Source of the DNA: the human T2T-CHM13v2.0 reference genome, Homo sapiens
Reading direction: 5' to 3' (one strand)
Assembly: GCF_009914755.1 (NCBI RefSeq)
Contig: NC_060928.1
DNA length: 64,000 bases
The stretch's first letter is position 1; every line of letters starts with the position of its first letter. Below the pieces are notes generated by a model, which made no database searches, was not told the origin of the DNA, and saw only the letters and a program-made list of their open reading frames with translations. Position numbers and translations under genes: made by a program. This document shows, one piece after another, positions 44,488-58,591 of this stretch.

Positions 44488-45525
44488 TTATATGGCCAAT
44501 TTTTCAAAATGATCAATGTATATTTGAAAAGAAAATACATTCTCTATTACTAGGGCATAGTGTTGAATATGCATAAGGTCTACTTTATTATTAAGTTATT
44601 TAAACAACTTTGTTTATTTTCTTCCCATTCAATCTGTCTTGTACTGGCTGTGATGTTAAAGTCTCCTATTAATGTGTTTAATATTCTATTCCTATTCTCA
44701 CGTTGTGTGATTTCTGTTTTATATTGGTGGTTGCTGTGTTATTTGGTGCATGGTCATAATTATTGTACATGAACTGTGAAACCTGGTTTTCAATATTGCA
44801 TAGTATATTTCATTGTCTCATTTAAGGCTTTTTGGCCTGAATTAACTCATCTGATATAATAATCACTATCCTACCTTCTTATTGTTTTTATTTTTCTGGT
44901 ATATATTTGCCAGTTTTTTACATTTTTGGCCTTTTAAATCACCATGTTTGATGTATGTCTATTAAATATAGCATGAGGTCAGGTTTTGCCTTGTGGGCCA
45001 GTTTGAGAATTGGCTTATTCATCGCTATAACAAGAAAAGAGAAGAAACCACTGAAGCCCAATCCACTTATTGGTATGACTCATATATTTGGTCTCAAGTA
45101 TCATATTATTTTATAATTACTGCATGTGTCATACTTACCATATTTCCTTCTTTAATTGCCATATTGTATTTGCTATTTTTTTTTTTTCATTTCTTTTGGC
45201 ATTTCAGAATGTTTGTATGTTTGTTCCAGTGGTTGTATTTATTCCATTTTAATCCCTTCTAACTTCCTTTTCTTCTTACTGAACATTCTATTGTCTGGTA
45301 TGACCATTTATACTCTTCTCCTTCACCCATTATCTACCTAACTGTTAATTCTACTTCTCTGCTTTCTCCTTTCTTTCTCTCTTCCCCTCTCTTTTCTTTT
45401 TGATTGCATAATTTTTGCTTTTCAGAACATATAATATATATATACTACTCTTTAATCCATGTCCTCGCCCGTGTTTTAACTATACAATTAAAAATATTAA
45501 ATTTTCACCATGCAATATACTCCAC

Positions 45526-45889
45526 TGTATTAGCTCATTTCATGCTGTTATGAAGAAATACTTGAGACTGGGTAATTTATAAAGGAAAGAGGTCTAATTG
45601 ACTCACCGTTCCACATGGCTGGGGAGGCCTCAGGAAACTTACAATCATGGCAGAAGGGGAAGTGAACATGTCCTTCCTGACATGGTGGCAGGAGAGAGAA
45701 GTGCCAAGCAAAGTGGGAAAAGCCCCTTATAAAAGCATCAGATCTCATGAGAACTCACTCACTATCATGAGACCAGCATGGGGGAAACTGTCCCCATGAC
45801 CTAATCACCTGCCAGGAGGTCCCTCCCCAAACTGTGGGGATTACAATTCAAGATGAGATTTGGGTGGGACACAGAACGAGACCATATCA
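45526..45889 (-). mobile_element. THE1D-like MaLR solo LTR
   Basis: TGTATTAG..GAGACTGGGTAATTTATAAAGGAAAGAGG...ACCATATCA; TSD (T/A)CCAC. Confidence 0.88.
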
Positions 45890-46208
45890 ACCACAAAATA
45901 TATTTTCACCACCAGTCCTTTTGCTAATTTTTTTCTAGTTTTGCTCAAACAAAGCTCAACCTCTAGGAGAGTCCTCCTGTACATGTGTACAGTATCCCTG
46001 AGTTATTGCATGTTGAAACTGTTTTACTTTAATCTTGATACTTGAAAGAGCCTGGCTGGATATAAAAACATTGGCTCACACTCTGTTCATAAGTCCTTTA
46101 AAAGGCTGTTCCATTATTGACTTGCTTTGTCTGTTGCTTACGAGAAGTCTGATGCCAGTTTAGTATTCTTACCCTTATAAGTAATTTGAGCTCTTTGCCT
46201 GGAGGCCC

Positions 46209-46692
46209 TGTAGTGGATTGAATAATGGCCTCAAAAAGATATGTTTATGTCTAAGTCCCTGCAACATGTGAATCTTACCTTATTTGATAAACCAGTCTCT
46301 GCAGATGTCATTAAGTTAAGGATCTTGAGATGAGATCATCATGGATTATCCAGGTGGGCCCTAATTTCAATGACAAGTATTCCTATAAGAGAAAGGCACA
46401 GGGGGGATTTGAGAGAGACAATAGAGGAAAGAGACAGGGATAAAGAGGAAAAGTGCATGTGAAGACAGAGGTGGAGTTTGGAGTCATGCACTCACAAGCC
46501 AAAATAACACCTGGAGGCACTGGAAGCTGGAAAAGGCAAGGAGGGATCCTCCCCTGGAGGCTTTGGAGGGGACATAGCCCTGCTGACACTTTGATTTTGG
46601 ACTTCTGGCCAAAAGTGAAATAATACATTTCTATTCTTTTAAGCCACCAAGTTTGTGGGCATTTGTTACAGCAGCCACAGGAAAATAACATA
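46209..46692 (+). mobile_element. MLT1C MaLR solo LTR
   Basis: TGTAGTGGATTGAATAATGGCC...TTTAAGCCACCAAGTTTGTGG..GCAGCCACAGGAAA; GGCCC flanks. Confidence 0.82.
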
Positions 46693-46706
46693 GGCCCTGA
46701 GGATTA

Positions 46707-46707
<1 letters not shown>

Positions 46708-46741
<34 letters not shown>
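46708..46741 (+). repeat. (TG)n microsatellite
   Basis: About 16 TG units. Confidence 0.93.
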
Positions 46742-46743
<2 letters not shown>

Positions 46744-49065
46744 ACCTTTAAAGCCTCATAGTTTACTAAAAATATCTCAGTTATTCTCTCTAGGTCAGTT
46801 TTTCTAGATATAGAGTGGGCCTCTTCAATACATACATTATATTTTCTCTTCTTTCTGGAAAGTTTTCTTGAATTACAGTTCCATTCCATTGCTTTGTTTT
46901 TCTTCTCCAGGAGCTCCTATCATATGTATGTTGGATCCTATTTGCCCATCCTCCATTCCAATCACTTGTGTTTAACCCTGTTTACATCCTTCTTTATTCC
47001 CTTCGTTATTTTACTGCCCCTTTTCAATGTTGAAATTGTTCAATGTTCAAATCTACTATCCCTCACTACCTTGTAATCTATTCTTCATTTTTGAAATGAT
47101 TTTGTATTTTTCTTGAATTTCATTCCATAGCTCAATCAACTCATTGCATGTCTTCCTATTTTGTGCCCACTATGGCCTTAGTTATCAAATTTCTGTTTCT
47201 GGGTTTTTTTTTTTTTCTAAATACGTCCCATTGTTTGAAGATAACTACTTCAGTTTGGAATGTTGGGTTACAGTTTTCTTCTGCTCTTTGGTTGGTTTTG
47301 GTTAAGAATTCTCATCAGTTAAACTGTAATGATTCGCATTTGTGTGTGTATGTGTTCTTCTAATAGTAGCTCTTTTTGGAATTAGGTTGCTTTTTAAAAT
47401 TTATTTTAAAATTTTTTGGACAGGTTCTTAATTCAGGAATATCCTCTCCTGTCAGTGCAGTGCAGAAATGGGTAGTAATGGGATAGTGGGCCATTATGTC
47501 TTATTTCTCTCTAATTTCTGCAAGATCCTCTATTTTTCCCTCTTAGCTCCTTCTTTCTCATCACTATCAAGTCTCTAAGGAGCACTACTGTTTCTTAGTT
47601 TATGTGATTCTCCCCAAGAAGCAATGCTCCTTTGAAGCTGCTACTTCTGGTTCTGCTTATTTTCAATCCCCTTCCCTTTAACTGTGCTGTGAATGTGTCA
47701 CTTAGCAGTGAAACTTTTACTTTCTGGAGGTGATTTTGTTTATGCTATGTCTAAGTTTTCTCTGCCTCTTTCCTCTTTTTCCTGGGGATTTTAAGTCTTC
47801 TCTCTCCCACTCTCTGCACACAGCTTACAGTGGGTATAAGTGATGGGAGTTCATTGGGAATATGGTGTTTGTTTCTCTACTTATTGGTCACTTAACATTT
47901 GCGGTATCCTCCATCTTCCACTAACGCTGAAGGCATGGACCATGGGTGATTATCTTGTGCTCCTGTTGAATTTAAGGGTTCTGTGAGGAGGTTCAAATTC
48001 AGATGGCCACAATTATTCTGGAGGCTCCCTTGGATTAGTGTTTCTTAACCTTTTTGAATCCATTTTCTCTTCATCAGCATAAAAATCACATACATTACTG
48101 TTATTTTTATAAAATTCAAAATAGATGAAATATTATAACTAAAAACAAATCAAACCAATGAGACAAAATACCATTTTCTTTCCAGACACACATTCTCCCC
48201 TCCACAGATTCTGATGTGTAAACATTTCTTTACCCTCTTCTCCAAATCACTGAACTGAATAATTTTCATAGGCATAATACTGAATCAGTAAAATTTTGCC
48301 ATAGTTGTTTTGATGCATAAGTATTTCAATACCTCTGAATTTGTATCTTTTATGATACCTCTGTCCTTTTTTCTTACTTCACTTTTTACTGTCTGTTCTG
48401 TTCATTTTAAGTGGTATAATTTAACTCACACCCAATACCTATAAAATTGTAAACAATACTATTTTACTTTCCCTCTTCTTCTATATTAGTTAGTTGCATT
48501 CTTTCTACTTTGTGAGAACATATCATATTTACTTAGTATAATTCCAACCATGTTCCCTGTTTTAGTCTTAGCTATATAATCAAATACAGCAAATTTTCAT
48601 CAACAGTCCTTTTGCTGAAGTTTCCCCAGTTATCTTTTGCTGGATGAAGCTCGTCCATTAGTGGAGTCTCTGGAAGGGCATGTAAGGATGGTATTTATTC
48701 AGTGTGGGGGCTTTGATGTGAGCAAAGGTGAAAGCCTCAGAGAAGCATTGCTTCTTGGAGGAGAATCAGATTCAAAGAAAAGGCGTGGTACTTCTTACAG
48801 AGTTGGCAATGAAGGGAAAGATGAAAGCACGTTGGGGGAGAATTTTAAGAATTTCTTGATGAAATGAAGGAGATACAGCTTTACATCACAGTGGTCACGT
48901 CACAAGGAAAAAACTCTGTTTTTATCGTCCAGTTGTAACTTCAATGTCCCAGGGCTTCCCAACCTGTAGGTACACATGATGTCATATTACTACTACATGA
49001 GCTGTCCTAAACATTCAAGTCCTAACCTTGAGACCCCAGCCTATGAAACCTCAGGAATTCAATAG

Positions 49066-49452
<387 letters not shown>

Positions 49453-49572
49453 TAAGTACACTTCTGCCATCCCTAGCCCTGGAGCTGCCACTGCTTGGGC
49501 CAACGGCCTACCTACTGCCTTTCTGCCTTTAGGCAATTTTCATTCCTTAGCTAAGGCTTCTGCTTTCCCTAC

Positions 49573-49929
49573 TGTCTTAGTCACTTTGGGATGCTATAAC
49601 AAAATACCTCAGACTTGGTAATTTATAAACAATAGAAATTTATTTCTCACAGTTCTGGTGGCTGGGAAGTCCAAGATGAAGGCATAAGCAAATTCAGTGT
49701 CTGGGGAGGACCTGTTTCTCATAAATGGCACCTTCTATCTGTCCTCACATGGTGAAAGGGGCAAACAAGCGTCCTTAGGCCTTTTTAATAAGAGCATCAA
49801 CCCATTCATAAGGGCGGAGTCCTCATGACCTAATCATCTCTCAAAGTCCCCACCTCTTAATACTATTGCATTGGAGATTGTGTTTCAATATATGAATTTC
49901 GAGGGGACATAAACATTCAGACCATAGCA
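49573..49929 (-). mobile_element. MSTD/MLT1A-like MaLR LTR
   Basis: TGTCTTAGTC..GCTATAACAAAATACC...AACATTCAGACCATAGCA; TSD .CTAC. Confidence 0.8.
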
Positions 49930-50081
49930 TCTACTGATGCAGTCCTATTCCAGAATGTCTAGGAACTTTTACCGGGCCATATGCCTCTGTCATTACTGGG
50001 GAAGTTCTCATCTTCTACTTGATCTGTCACCCAGGCTCAGGCCACTAAGAAATAGCTAGGGAAAACTCTGCTTAATATAGG

Positions 50082-50451
50082 TGATATGGTTTGGCTCTGT
50101 GTCTCCACCCAAATCTCATCTCATATTGTAATCCCCATAATCCCCACTGTTGAGGAAGGGACCTGGTGGGAGGTGATTAGATCATCGGGGTGGTTTCTGC
50201 ATGTTGTTCTCGAGATAATGAGTGAGTTCTCACAAGATCTAATGGTTTTGTAAGTGTTTGACAGTTCTGCCTTCACGGGTTTCTCTCACCTGCCGCCATG
50301 TAAGACATGCCTGCTTCCTCTTTTGCCATGATTGTAAGTTTCCTGAGGCCTCCCCAGCCATGTGGAACTATGAGTCAATTAAACCTCTTTCCTTTATAAA
50401 TTACCCAGTCTTGGGTATTTCTTTATAGTAGTATGAAAACGGGCTAATACA
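50082..50451 (+). mobile_element. THE1D/MSTA MaLR solo LTR
   Basis: TGATATGGTTTGGCTCTGTGTC...GGGCTAATACA. Confidence 0.85.
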
Positions 50452-51070
50452 AGGGGTGACTGGGACCTGAAGTGGCAGTTTTACACTCCCAGCCATTCTC
50501 TCTTCAAGGTACACACACCCCTTGAAGCAGGCAGGTGTCTTCACGGGTTCAGGCAGCCGTCAAGACACTGTACCAAGAACACCTCCTACCACCTTCAGAG
50601 CCTAATTGGCCCCATCCTCAGGCTAGATTCTTTTCCTGGGATCCCTTCTCTGCAAGCTCTTCTAGCTCTTTTCCCAGGAGCCTCCTCAGCCCCTACGTTA
50701 ATCTGTTTATGCAAACATAACACAGAAGGCCTGGCCCTGCCCTCATGCCTGGCACAGGTTAGGTTCTGACAAAGCACCTGCCATGTAAGCTCCCTCATCC
50801 TGTCCTGAGTGTGAGATTCTAGCATAGGGTAGAAAGATACCAAGAAAGCACAAAAGCTTAACGTTTGTGGCTCTGTTTTATGAATATGTTGAAATATTCC
50901 CAATTTCAAAATTGCTGAGTCAAAATGTCATGAATCCCAGGATCTAGTGGGAATTATAATGCAAACTGGTCCACAAGGGAAACTGTATCAACGGCCAGAA
51001 TGAAGCAAATTAGAATCACTTCAATAATCAAAAGTTAATGTAATTCTACTGGGTGGCTTTATAAAGCTTA

Positions 51071-51398
<328 letters not shown>

Positions 51399-52012
51399 TC
51401 AAATTGAATTAACTGCCAGCAGGTTTATATCCCCTTCAACTTCTACCAGAAAGGAATAAATTCTCAGCTCCTTTTATGCCACTTGACAACAGAATGAGGC
51501 TTGCTCAAAAAAGGGATAGCTCAGAGAAGGAAAGACTAATTTTAGCTATATAGAAACTGGGGTCACATGTCTGAGCTCTGACAGCCTCAGTGGTCAAATC
51601 TTGAATTCATGGAAGTCTGGGAGAAGATGGGTACTTTGGAATCAGTGCTCCAAAATATGGATCTTAGCTATTTTATATGCAGATGGTGTGGCTGATATAA
51701 CTGAGTGCTTGCAATGTACTTCATACTTTACATTATCTTATCTAATTCTCACCTTGCAAGTAAGGTGTCAATACCCCCATTTTATATGTTGAGAAACTTT
51801 TTCTCATAGATACAAAGAGATGTGCCCAAAGTCGTCAGCAAATAAGAGCAGACTGAACCCAGGTTTATCTGATTTCAAAAAACGTATTCTCTTCCCACTA
51901 CATATGTTGCTTTCCCAACTACTCTGGAAGGTATGGGATGCAGATTTCATTCTCTGGATATTCTTACCTTGGATTTTTCACTCCCTTTGGTATTCCTGGC
52001 AGGTTTCCTGAG

Positions 52013-52572
52013 GTGTGACAGACATCCTGAAGAGGCACTCAGCACCCATTCTCAACTCCTTCTGGAGTGTCTTCCTCTACTGCAGAGGCGGGAACTCTGA
52101 GAGCCATTTTTCCAGTCTCACTTGCAGCTGAGGTTCTAACTGTGAATTAGGTTCAACCAATTATATGCATTTGCAAGAGATTTGGAAGTCAGAATGGAGG
52201 CAGAAGCCACGTCCTACTGATTGGCTGTAAACACTGGCAAGCATGATTGTGGTAACACCGGGGCTTTCTGAAGCCATGTCTCAAAGTTCAGCCACTGATT
52301 GCATGGGTGTCGAGAGACATTAAAGTGGTGGTGACAGAACTTTCTAATGAACAGATTTCAGCTAAAACAATGTGTCTTCGGAGTCACTATTCCCAGTGAC
52401 AGGCTCCTGATTTCCTCCCTTTACGGTGGTGGCAGATGTGGAAGCACCCGCAAGCCGGCTCCTCCAGCCTTCCCAACGACGTTGTAAACACCTGCTTCTC
52501 TCTAGACAATGACTTTCTGCTTAAAATAGCTGGCGTGGTTTTTGCTTCCTGCAACTAAGCCCCATTGATATA
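52013..52572 (+). mobile_element. ERVL LTR33/LTR16-like LTR
   Basis: TGTGACAGAC..TTTCCAGTCTCACTTGCAGCT...TTTCTGCTTAAAATAGC..TCCTGCAACTAA. Confidence 0.55.
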
Positions 52573-53036
52573 TGCTGTTTTCCTTCTTTCCCTCTAACTG
52601 CTGGTTTTCACAACAGCCAACCCCGCAATCGATCCTTTAAGCTCTAAAATGAAAGCCTTGAATATCTTCATCACTCCATATCCTGCTTTGTTTTTCTCCA
52701 TAGCAGTGATTGTCACCCAAAGATTATTTTTATTATTTGTTGATTGTCCACCTTACTAGGATTTAAGCTCCATTAGAACAGATACTTTGTTTTGTTCACT
52801 TCTGTGACAACTCTCTGACATTTAGAAGAGTACTAGAAAATAGCAGGAATTCAGTACATAGGGTTGAATGAACGAAATCTACCTTTCTTAACCAAACACC
52901 ACATTAAATTCATGCATTAATAGGGTCATCGACAAGATATCCTCAATAACACCTCCTCATGAAACATTTACCTGGGTTTTAAAAATCCTCCAAAAACACA
53001 AAATATCATTTGTGCTATGTAACTCAGCATTACATT

Positions 53037-53147
53037 TAGGTGACATCCCCTCCCAGTTTGCCTGAGACGTTCCTGGTTTTAGCACTAAAAGCCCCATGTT
53101 CATGAGAATCCCCTCAGTTCTGGGCAAAAAGATGATTGGTTACCCTA
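53037..53147. mobile_element. MER81-like hAT-Blackjack MITE
   Basis: TAGGTGAC...GGTTACCCTA termini with CCAGTTTGCC / GGGCAAA inverted block. Confidence 0.65.
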
Positions 53148-56100
53148 ATTAAATATCTTAGTTGCTGAGAAAGGCACTGTAATTACATTACTTTAGATCA
53201 ATTTTGCAAATAAAAGTTTGAAGACACAAATCCACCTGTGGTCTCCTTCCCATATCAGCTGTGTTGCACAGGATCCCCGGAACCATCAGGTAAAATCCAA
53301 GCAATGGCTTTGGGTTGTATTTTATGTTTTTTACTAAAATTTCTATTGCTTGTACCCTGAATATTTCAGAGCTGAGCCTGTGAAATCTTTTCTGCATCTC
53401 AGTTACATTCGAAACATGAGCTTCCCAGAGAAAAGATACTGCAGCATAAACATGTGCTCTTGAGTCACAGCACCGGGGAAGTCCCCTTGGGATCCAGCAG
53501 AGTGAACTCTGCAGAAAATATGGATCAATGTTAATTCTGGGGATGAATAAAGGCTTAGTCATCACCTTCCCCCGATTAAGGAACGCACTCCCATCTCGCT
53601 GCTAACATTATCCTGAAACTTCAGGCAGTGAGTTCCGGTGCAATGTGTGGATTCGAAATGTCAACGCTTCTGAACTGGCATATTAGAGAAAATTTGGAGA
53701 ATAAGAGTATTCTCAGACACACAACCCAAGCTGCCAGAACATCTTGGATATCCTCTCCCTGATGATTCATGTGGAGAGATGTTTGGGTGTTTAGATTTTA
53801 AAATATGCTTCCCAACCAAAAGTGAAACTTAAAGATGCTATCACTCTGGAGTTTTTTTGCACCTGCAAAACAAAAATTTGTGTTTTTAAAATTAACTGTT
53901 TTCGCGACACAGTCTGTTGCATGTGATATTGGTGTTTCTCCAGCCAAGCATGTAAGGGGTTAACTGGGCAGCAGTTGCACAATCCCAGCACACTACATTC
54001 CACAGCACCAGCAATCTCTGTCTGAACGTGTTTATAAAGCAGATATGGGGAAACTGACCAAACCTCCAAAGGGCAGTGTGCTTACAGGAACAGAAGCACA
54101 CACACTGCTTTTCTTCTGAAGAAACTTGGTCAGACTCCAGAGCAGGCTGTTTTCAGACTATGTGAACTCTGAAATGTGCTACATCTTGATCCTTCCACGG
54201 CACAACCCGGGTTCTTGGATAGACTTAACATTTTTGCTAAAACCAGCTATTAGGCCTGACCACTTCCTTCCTTCCAGGCACTATTTTCGGAAGCAGAGAC
54301 ACAGTGCCTCTGCACCTGTTGTTCGTGTGGCCACAGAAGCAAACCTCTACAAAACCCTCATTTGTCTGCACAGCAGGACCAGTGATGCCCAAGCCCAGAC
54401 AGGGAATGGGGGTGGTACCAGTGTCCCATGGGGCCAGTGGGGACCCAGAGGCCAGACAGCCTCACGAAAAAGCATCTCCCCCTGACTCCTGCCAGCTTCC
54501 TGCATCTCCTGACCTGAAGCTTCGCACGGCCGGGCTCTCCTCTCCAGGCCTGTGGTTGGACACATTCCTAAGGGGGTGAAGCCAACAGTCCCAGCCCTGT
54601 TCTTTTGACACCGGGATGGTGGGGCTCAGGGGAGGAGGAGATCCCAGGGATGACAGCCTAGTAGTACCCAACCTTGATTCACATGCTGGGGTGCAAATGA
54701 GTGAGAAGCAGCCTCAAGAAGCTGATGGTGTCACCCAACTGCCCTTGGGAGGGGTCCACTGCAGCCTGGGGACAGAGGGAGGTCAGAGTCACGTCCCACC
54801 TGCTCTGATAACTCTGGCCCCAGGCACGTCATTGTACTGTGGGATGGAGTTTCAGGGTGAGGTAGGCGGCTGAACGGCACCATGTAAAAACCAGTTTGTG
54901 CCTCCAAACCAAACTGGCACTCAGACATTAGCTGTTTGACCCCTGAATGCCAATGAACTCATCTTGGCTACCTGTGTGTAAACCTTTCCCTAGCTTTTGT
55001 CTTTTATCAGGAGAAATCTGGCAGAATAGTGGGGGTTCTTTTTTTTTTAACCTTTTATCTGGGCTTATTTGTCCAAAACTACAATAGCAGGGGGCCTTTA
55101 AAGCCTAATGAACGCAGGTTACAGAGTGGCCTCAAGCAGAAGGAACGTCTCATGTTCCATCTCTCTGAATTAGGGGCAGGAGGCCAGCTGGGGCTTACCA
55201 TCTTTCCATTCACATGCAAAGCACTTCCAAAAGCACAAGTTTGAAAACTCAGACTCCTGAAATCAAATCACTCATCTCCTTCACTTCTAAAATCTCTGTC
55301 TCAGTAGTGGTTACATGATAGTACGGTACACTTGGGATTTGGGTGGGGAAAGGGTATTGTTTTAGGGTTTTGATGTCCAAAGAATTTGTATTCCATAGCC
55401 ATGTGTATTTCTTTTTTACAAATCCTTTGAAATAGACTAAATACCACCTTTGGCAGTGGTTCATCAAAACACGGACAAAACAGTACGGTTGAGGGTGGAT
55501 TTATTTAGATGTGCAAATGGCATTCCAGAAGCCCCTTTCATCGAGGTGTGTGGATGTGCTGGGTGCTTGCAACCTCAAGGCTGGGCAGAAATACATGTCC
55601 CTGAATTCACAGTTCACAGCTGTACAGTGAGCCCATTATCAAGGGAGTGACCCAGGTACTGGCTGCAGAGAATGGAAACTATTGTTCCAAAGGCAGTTAC
55701 ACTGAACTTGAACTTGCTATTAAACGCATACGTGCACACACACACCCAAGCCCATCATCAAAGCCTATCAGCTCACACAAATACCAACCAGAAGCATGCG
55801 TCCCTGGCACTTCCTCTAAGTGACGACAAGGTCTGAGGCTTGGGTCCAGGAGCTGCCCCAATGCCTTTGTTTTCCTTCCCCATGTCAACCCCAGGCATCC
55901 TGAGACTAGCTTGTTTACCTGCGTTGCTGGCAAGTATCACTTAGAAACAATACAGGCTTTCTCAGAAGGATTTTAAACATGATTCTGTTTTTCATGGCCT
56001 TATTGGCAATGGAGTATCATCTCTGGAACTTAAATGGTGCATTTCCAAGTCCTGAATTTTCTTCCACTTGATGGGCCTTGGGAAGTCTAGTTACGCTACA

Positions 56101-57519
56101 GAAGCAAGGGGAGGGCAGCAGGAATGGCATTCGGGACCGAGATGCAGGAAGAAGCCCTGAGTCTGTGTTGGGAAGAAGGAAGGGGGAGGAGACCTGAGCT
56201 ACCTTAAACCCTTTGATAACCAGGCCACGTGACTCAGGGCAACCTTCCGTTGCTGTTTTGTTAATTTATTTAAAATAGGATGACTCAGTAAAACATTTTA
56301 GATGTAAGTCTCAAAGAACTGAACTTCTCCATTCAGGACCTGGGGGAAGAGCAGGTCTTAACTGAAAAGTCGGGTGCCAAGGAGCCAGGGAGCATCTGTT
56401 TCTTCCTGATAACTCCCCTTCCACTGAGAAACTGAGACAGTCAACGAAGGTGCTCCTTCCAGAAGCAGCCCCGCCTCTGTGTGTGGCATTTCAACTACAA
56501 CGCATCCGCCAGGAAAATGCTCCAGTTGATTTCCATTCAGGGCTGGATAACTTTATGACCGCTAATTATATCTGCAGCCACACATGGAGATAGGCATAAA
56601 AATAGCCTTTTGTCCTTTCATTAAAGGAACCTCTTCAAATATTAACTTAGCAATCTCCTCCACAACCCCCCAGAGGTAGTAGGCGGGTAGCAAAGTTTTC
56701 ATATTCTGATTTTACAGAGTAAGATACTGGGGATGCAGGGGAGGCTGGTGCTGTGGCTTTCTCCAGGCCAAGACTATACCTTCAAACACCAAATGGCTGA
56801 TAAAGACTGGTGTTCTTGAAGTCACCCCTTTTATTCCACAAGACAGACCCCAAGTTTTGAGGGCACGGTCTATGTGTAAGGCCTCGGGTCCTAGAAAGAC
56901 GAGTGACGGACATGGTGTTAGAGCCCAATACATATTTCCTGTTGTGGAAAATGTCTTATCCATGCACCCCTCTAAGTGACATAAACACAAGACGTTTGTC
57001 GTACGTGTAAGCCTAAGGATGAAAACAGGAAAGACACAGAGTGGGGTGAACCTTGCTCACAGCAGAGAAGGAAACCAGTGGCGTGGCTAAAATACTCCCC
57101 CTCCACAGGGAATGCTCCCAACACAGAGGAAGACAGACATTTGAGATAACGGATATGCTTACAAGAAAAAAGACCCCCTTCATAGCACAGAGAATTGGGC
57201 TCAACTTGTGCCCAACTTGTGCCCTTGCCTCTTAGTGCCACTATGAGCCAAGTAAAGGCATCTTCACATTCAGTCTTCATTTCCTCCACATGAAATGGAG
57301 ATGAATGCCTATTCTACAGCACAAGTGTGATGAATGAAGACGGGAAGTCATGCAAAACGCTCAGCACGGGCCCCTGCTCAGGCGAGCACTCAAGAGAAGA
57401 AGTCAACTGAAGCCTCACAGTAAGAACCTCCACGGTTTCTTGTGGTCAACAAGGGAAAACATTTTGGTCCCCAAAAAGAAACAATCCTTTGTCAGTCCTA
57501 TTCCGTGATTATGCTCTTT

Positions 57520-57589
57520 TAAAGCAGACACAGACAAAGCCAGGAGTGATGCCCCTTAAAAATTTAACTATATATCATATTCATTTATT
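57520..57589 (-). terminator. IRF2: IRF2 polyadenylation signal plus downstream GU-rich element
   Basis: AATAAA (plus tttatt 57584-57589), followed on the minus strand by TTTGTCTGTGTCTGCTTT. Confidence 0.8.
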
Positions 57590-58591
57590 ATCAATCCACA
57601 GGAAAATCTGATTGCTACATGAGCTCATAAAAGCTTTTTTCACCTTTACAAAATTAAAAAAAAAAATGTGCCACAAGGATGTAATAACAACTGCTGATAA
57701 ACAAGAAAAGGAATCTTAAAATTATAAATTTGCTGTAGAAAAGATAAAAAACAATTATATTTTATTTAGAATTTTACCTTGAATAAAATATTCCCCTGTA
57801 TAAAAAATAAAAAAGCTTGCTCTGGTTAGAATTAGAGTATTTTTGTCTTCAAATCTGGGAATTTGCATAATATTTCCATGATACTTTTTCCTTTGTACCG
57901 CGTGGCATTCAAGCATAGCAGATTAGAAGGATTTTTTTTAAAGCAGTCTGAAAATGGGACATCTGTAGAGAAATTCATTTCCTTCTTCTCCTCCGGATGT
58001 GGAATGGAAGCTTTGAGGGAAGGAAAAGTAGGAAAAGAGCGGGATGGGATGGGATGGGATGGGATGGGATGGGATGGGATAGGAAGAGAGGCTGGGGAAT
58101 GGGCAGAGAAGGGGGTGCTGAGTGTGCTGTGAGATAGAGCAAGATCACAAGAAGGCCTATCTGTAAGTGCTTTAAGATAAGGTGCAGAAGCAGACTGCAA
58201 TGTCGCTAGTGCTGCCTATGTACATATTCACAAGAATAAAAAATTCCAGCTAGTTCACATTATCTCGTCCGTTCTGAGGCATCCACTCCACCTTGCTGGC
58301 CTTGACCGCAGGCAATGCAGCACCTCCACTGCCCTTGTTGGTCCTTGAACTTGAGTGAGTAGCCCTGGGAGATCCAGCAGGCTCTAGAAACACACGTCTA
58401 CCAATGGGCTGGAGTCCTGAGTTAAAGAGAAGCTCCAGTACTGGAGTTGGACACAGCAATCAATGTTCTATTGTCAAGGCTTTTTCCCTTAGATTTGTCT
58501 AAAATAGGTGTCAGAGAGAAAAAAATAAAATACAAACAAACAACAAAACAAAGCCAAGAAGCCCCAACAACCACCGCGGAGAGTCAGAGGC
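57560..58591 (-). other. IRF2: IRF2 3'UTR (~1 kb; 3' end approximate)
   Basis: Follows the TAA stop. U-rich on the minus strand and ends ~20 nt past AATAAA. Confidence 0.85.
58041..58080 (+). repeat. (GGGAT)8 pentanucleotide microsatellite in IRF2 3'UTR
   Basis: Eight perfect GGGAT units read directly. Confidence 0.97.

Larger units (their letters stand above)
44490..48690 (-). mobile_element. Ancient L1M/HAL1-like fragments with nested LTRs
   Basis: T-rich tract with GAGAAGTCTGATGCCAGT and TGGCTGGATATAAAA..TGGCTCACA; two similar sub-blocks ending CAGTCCTTTTGCT. Confidence 0.55.
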
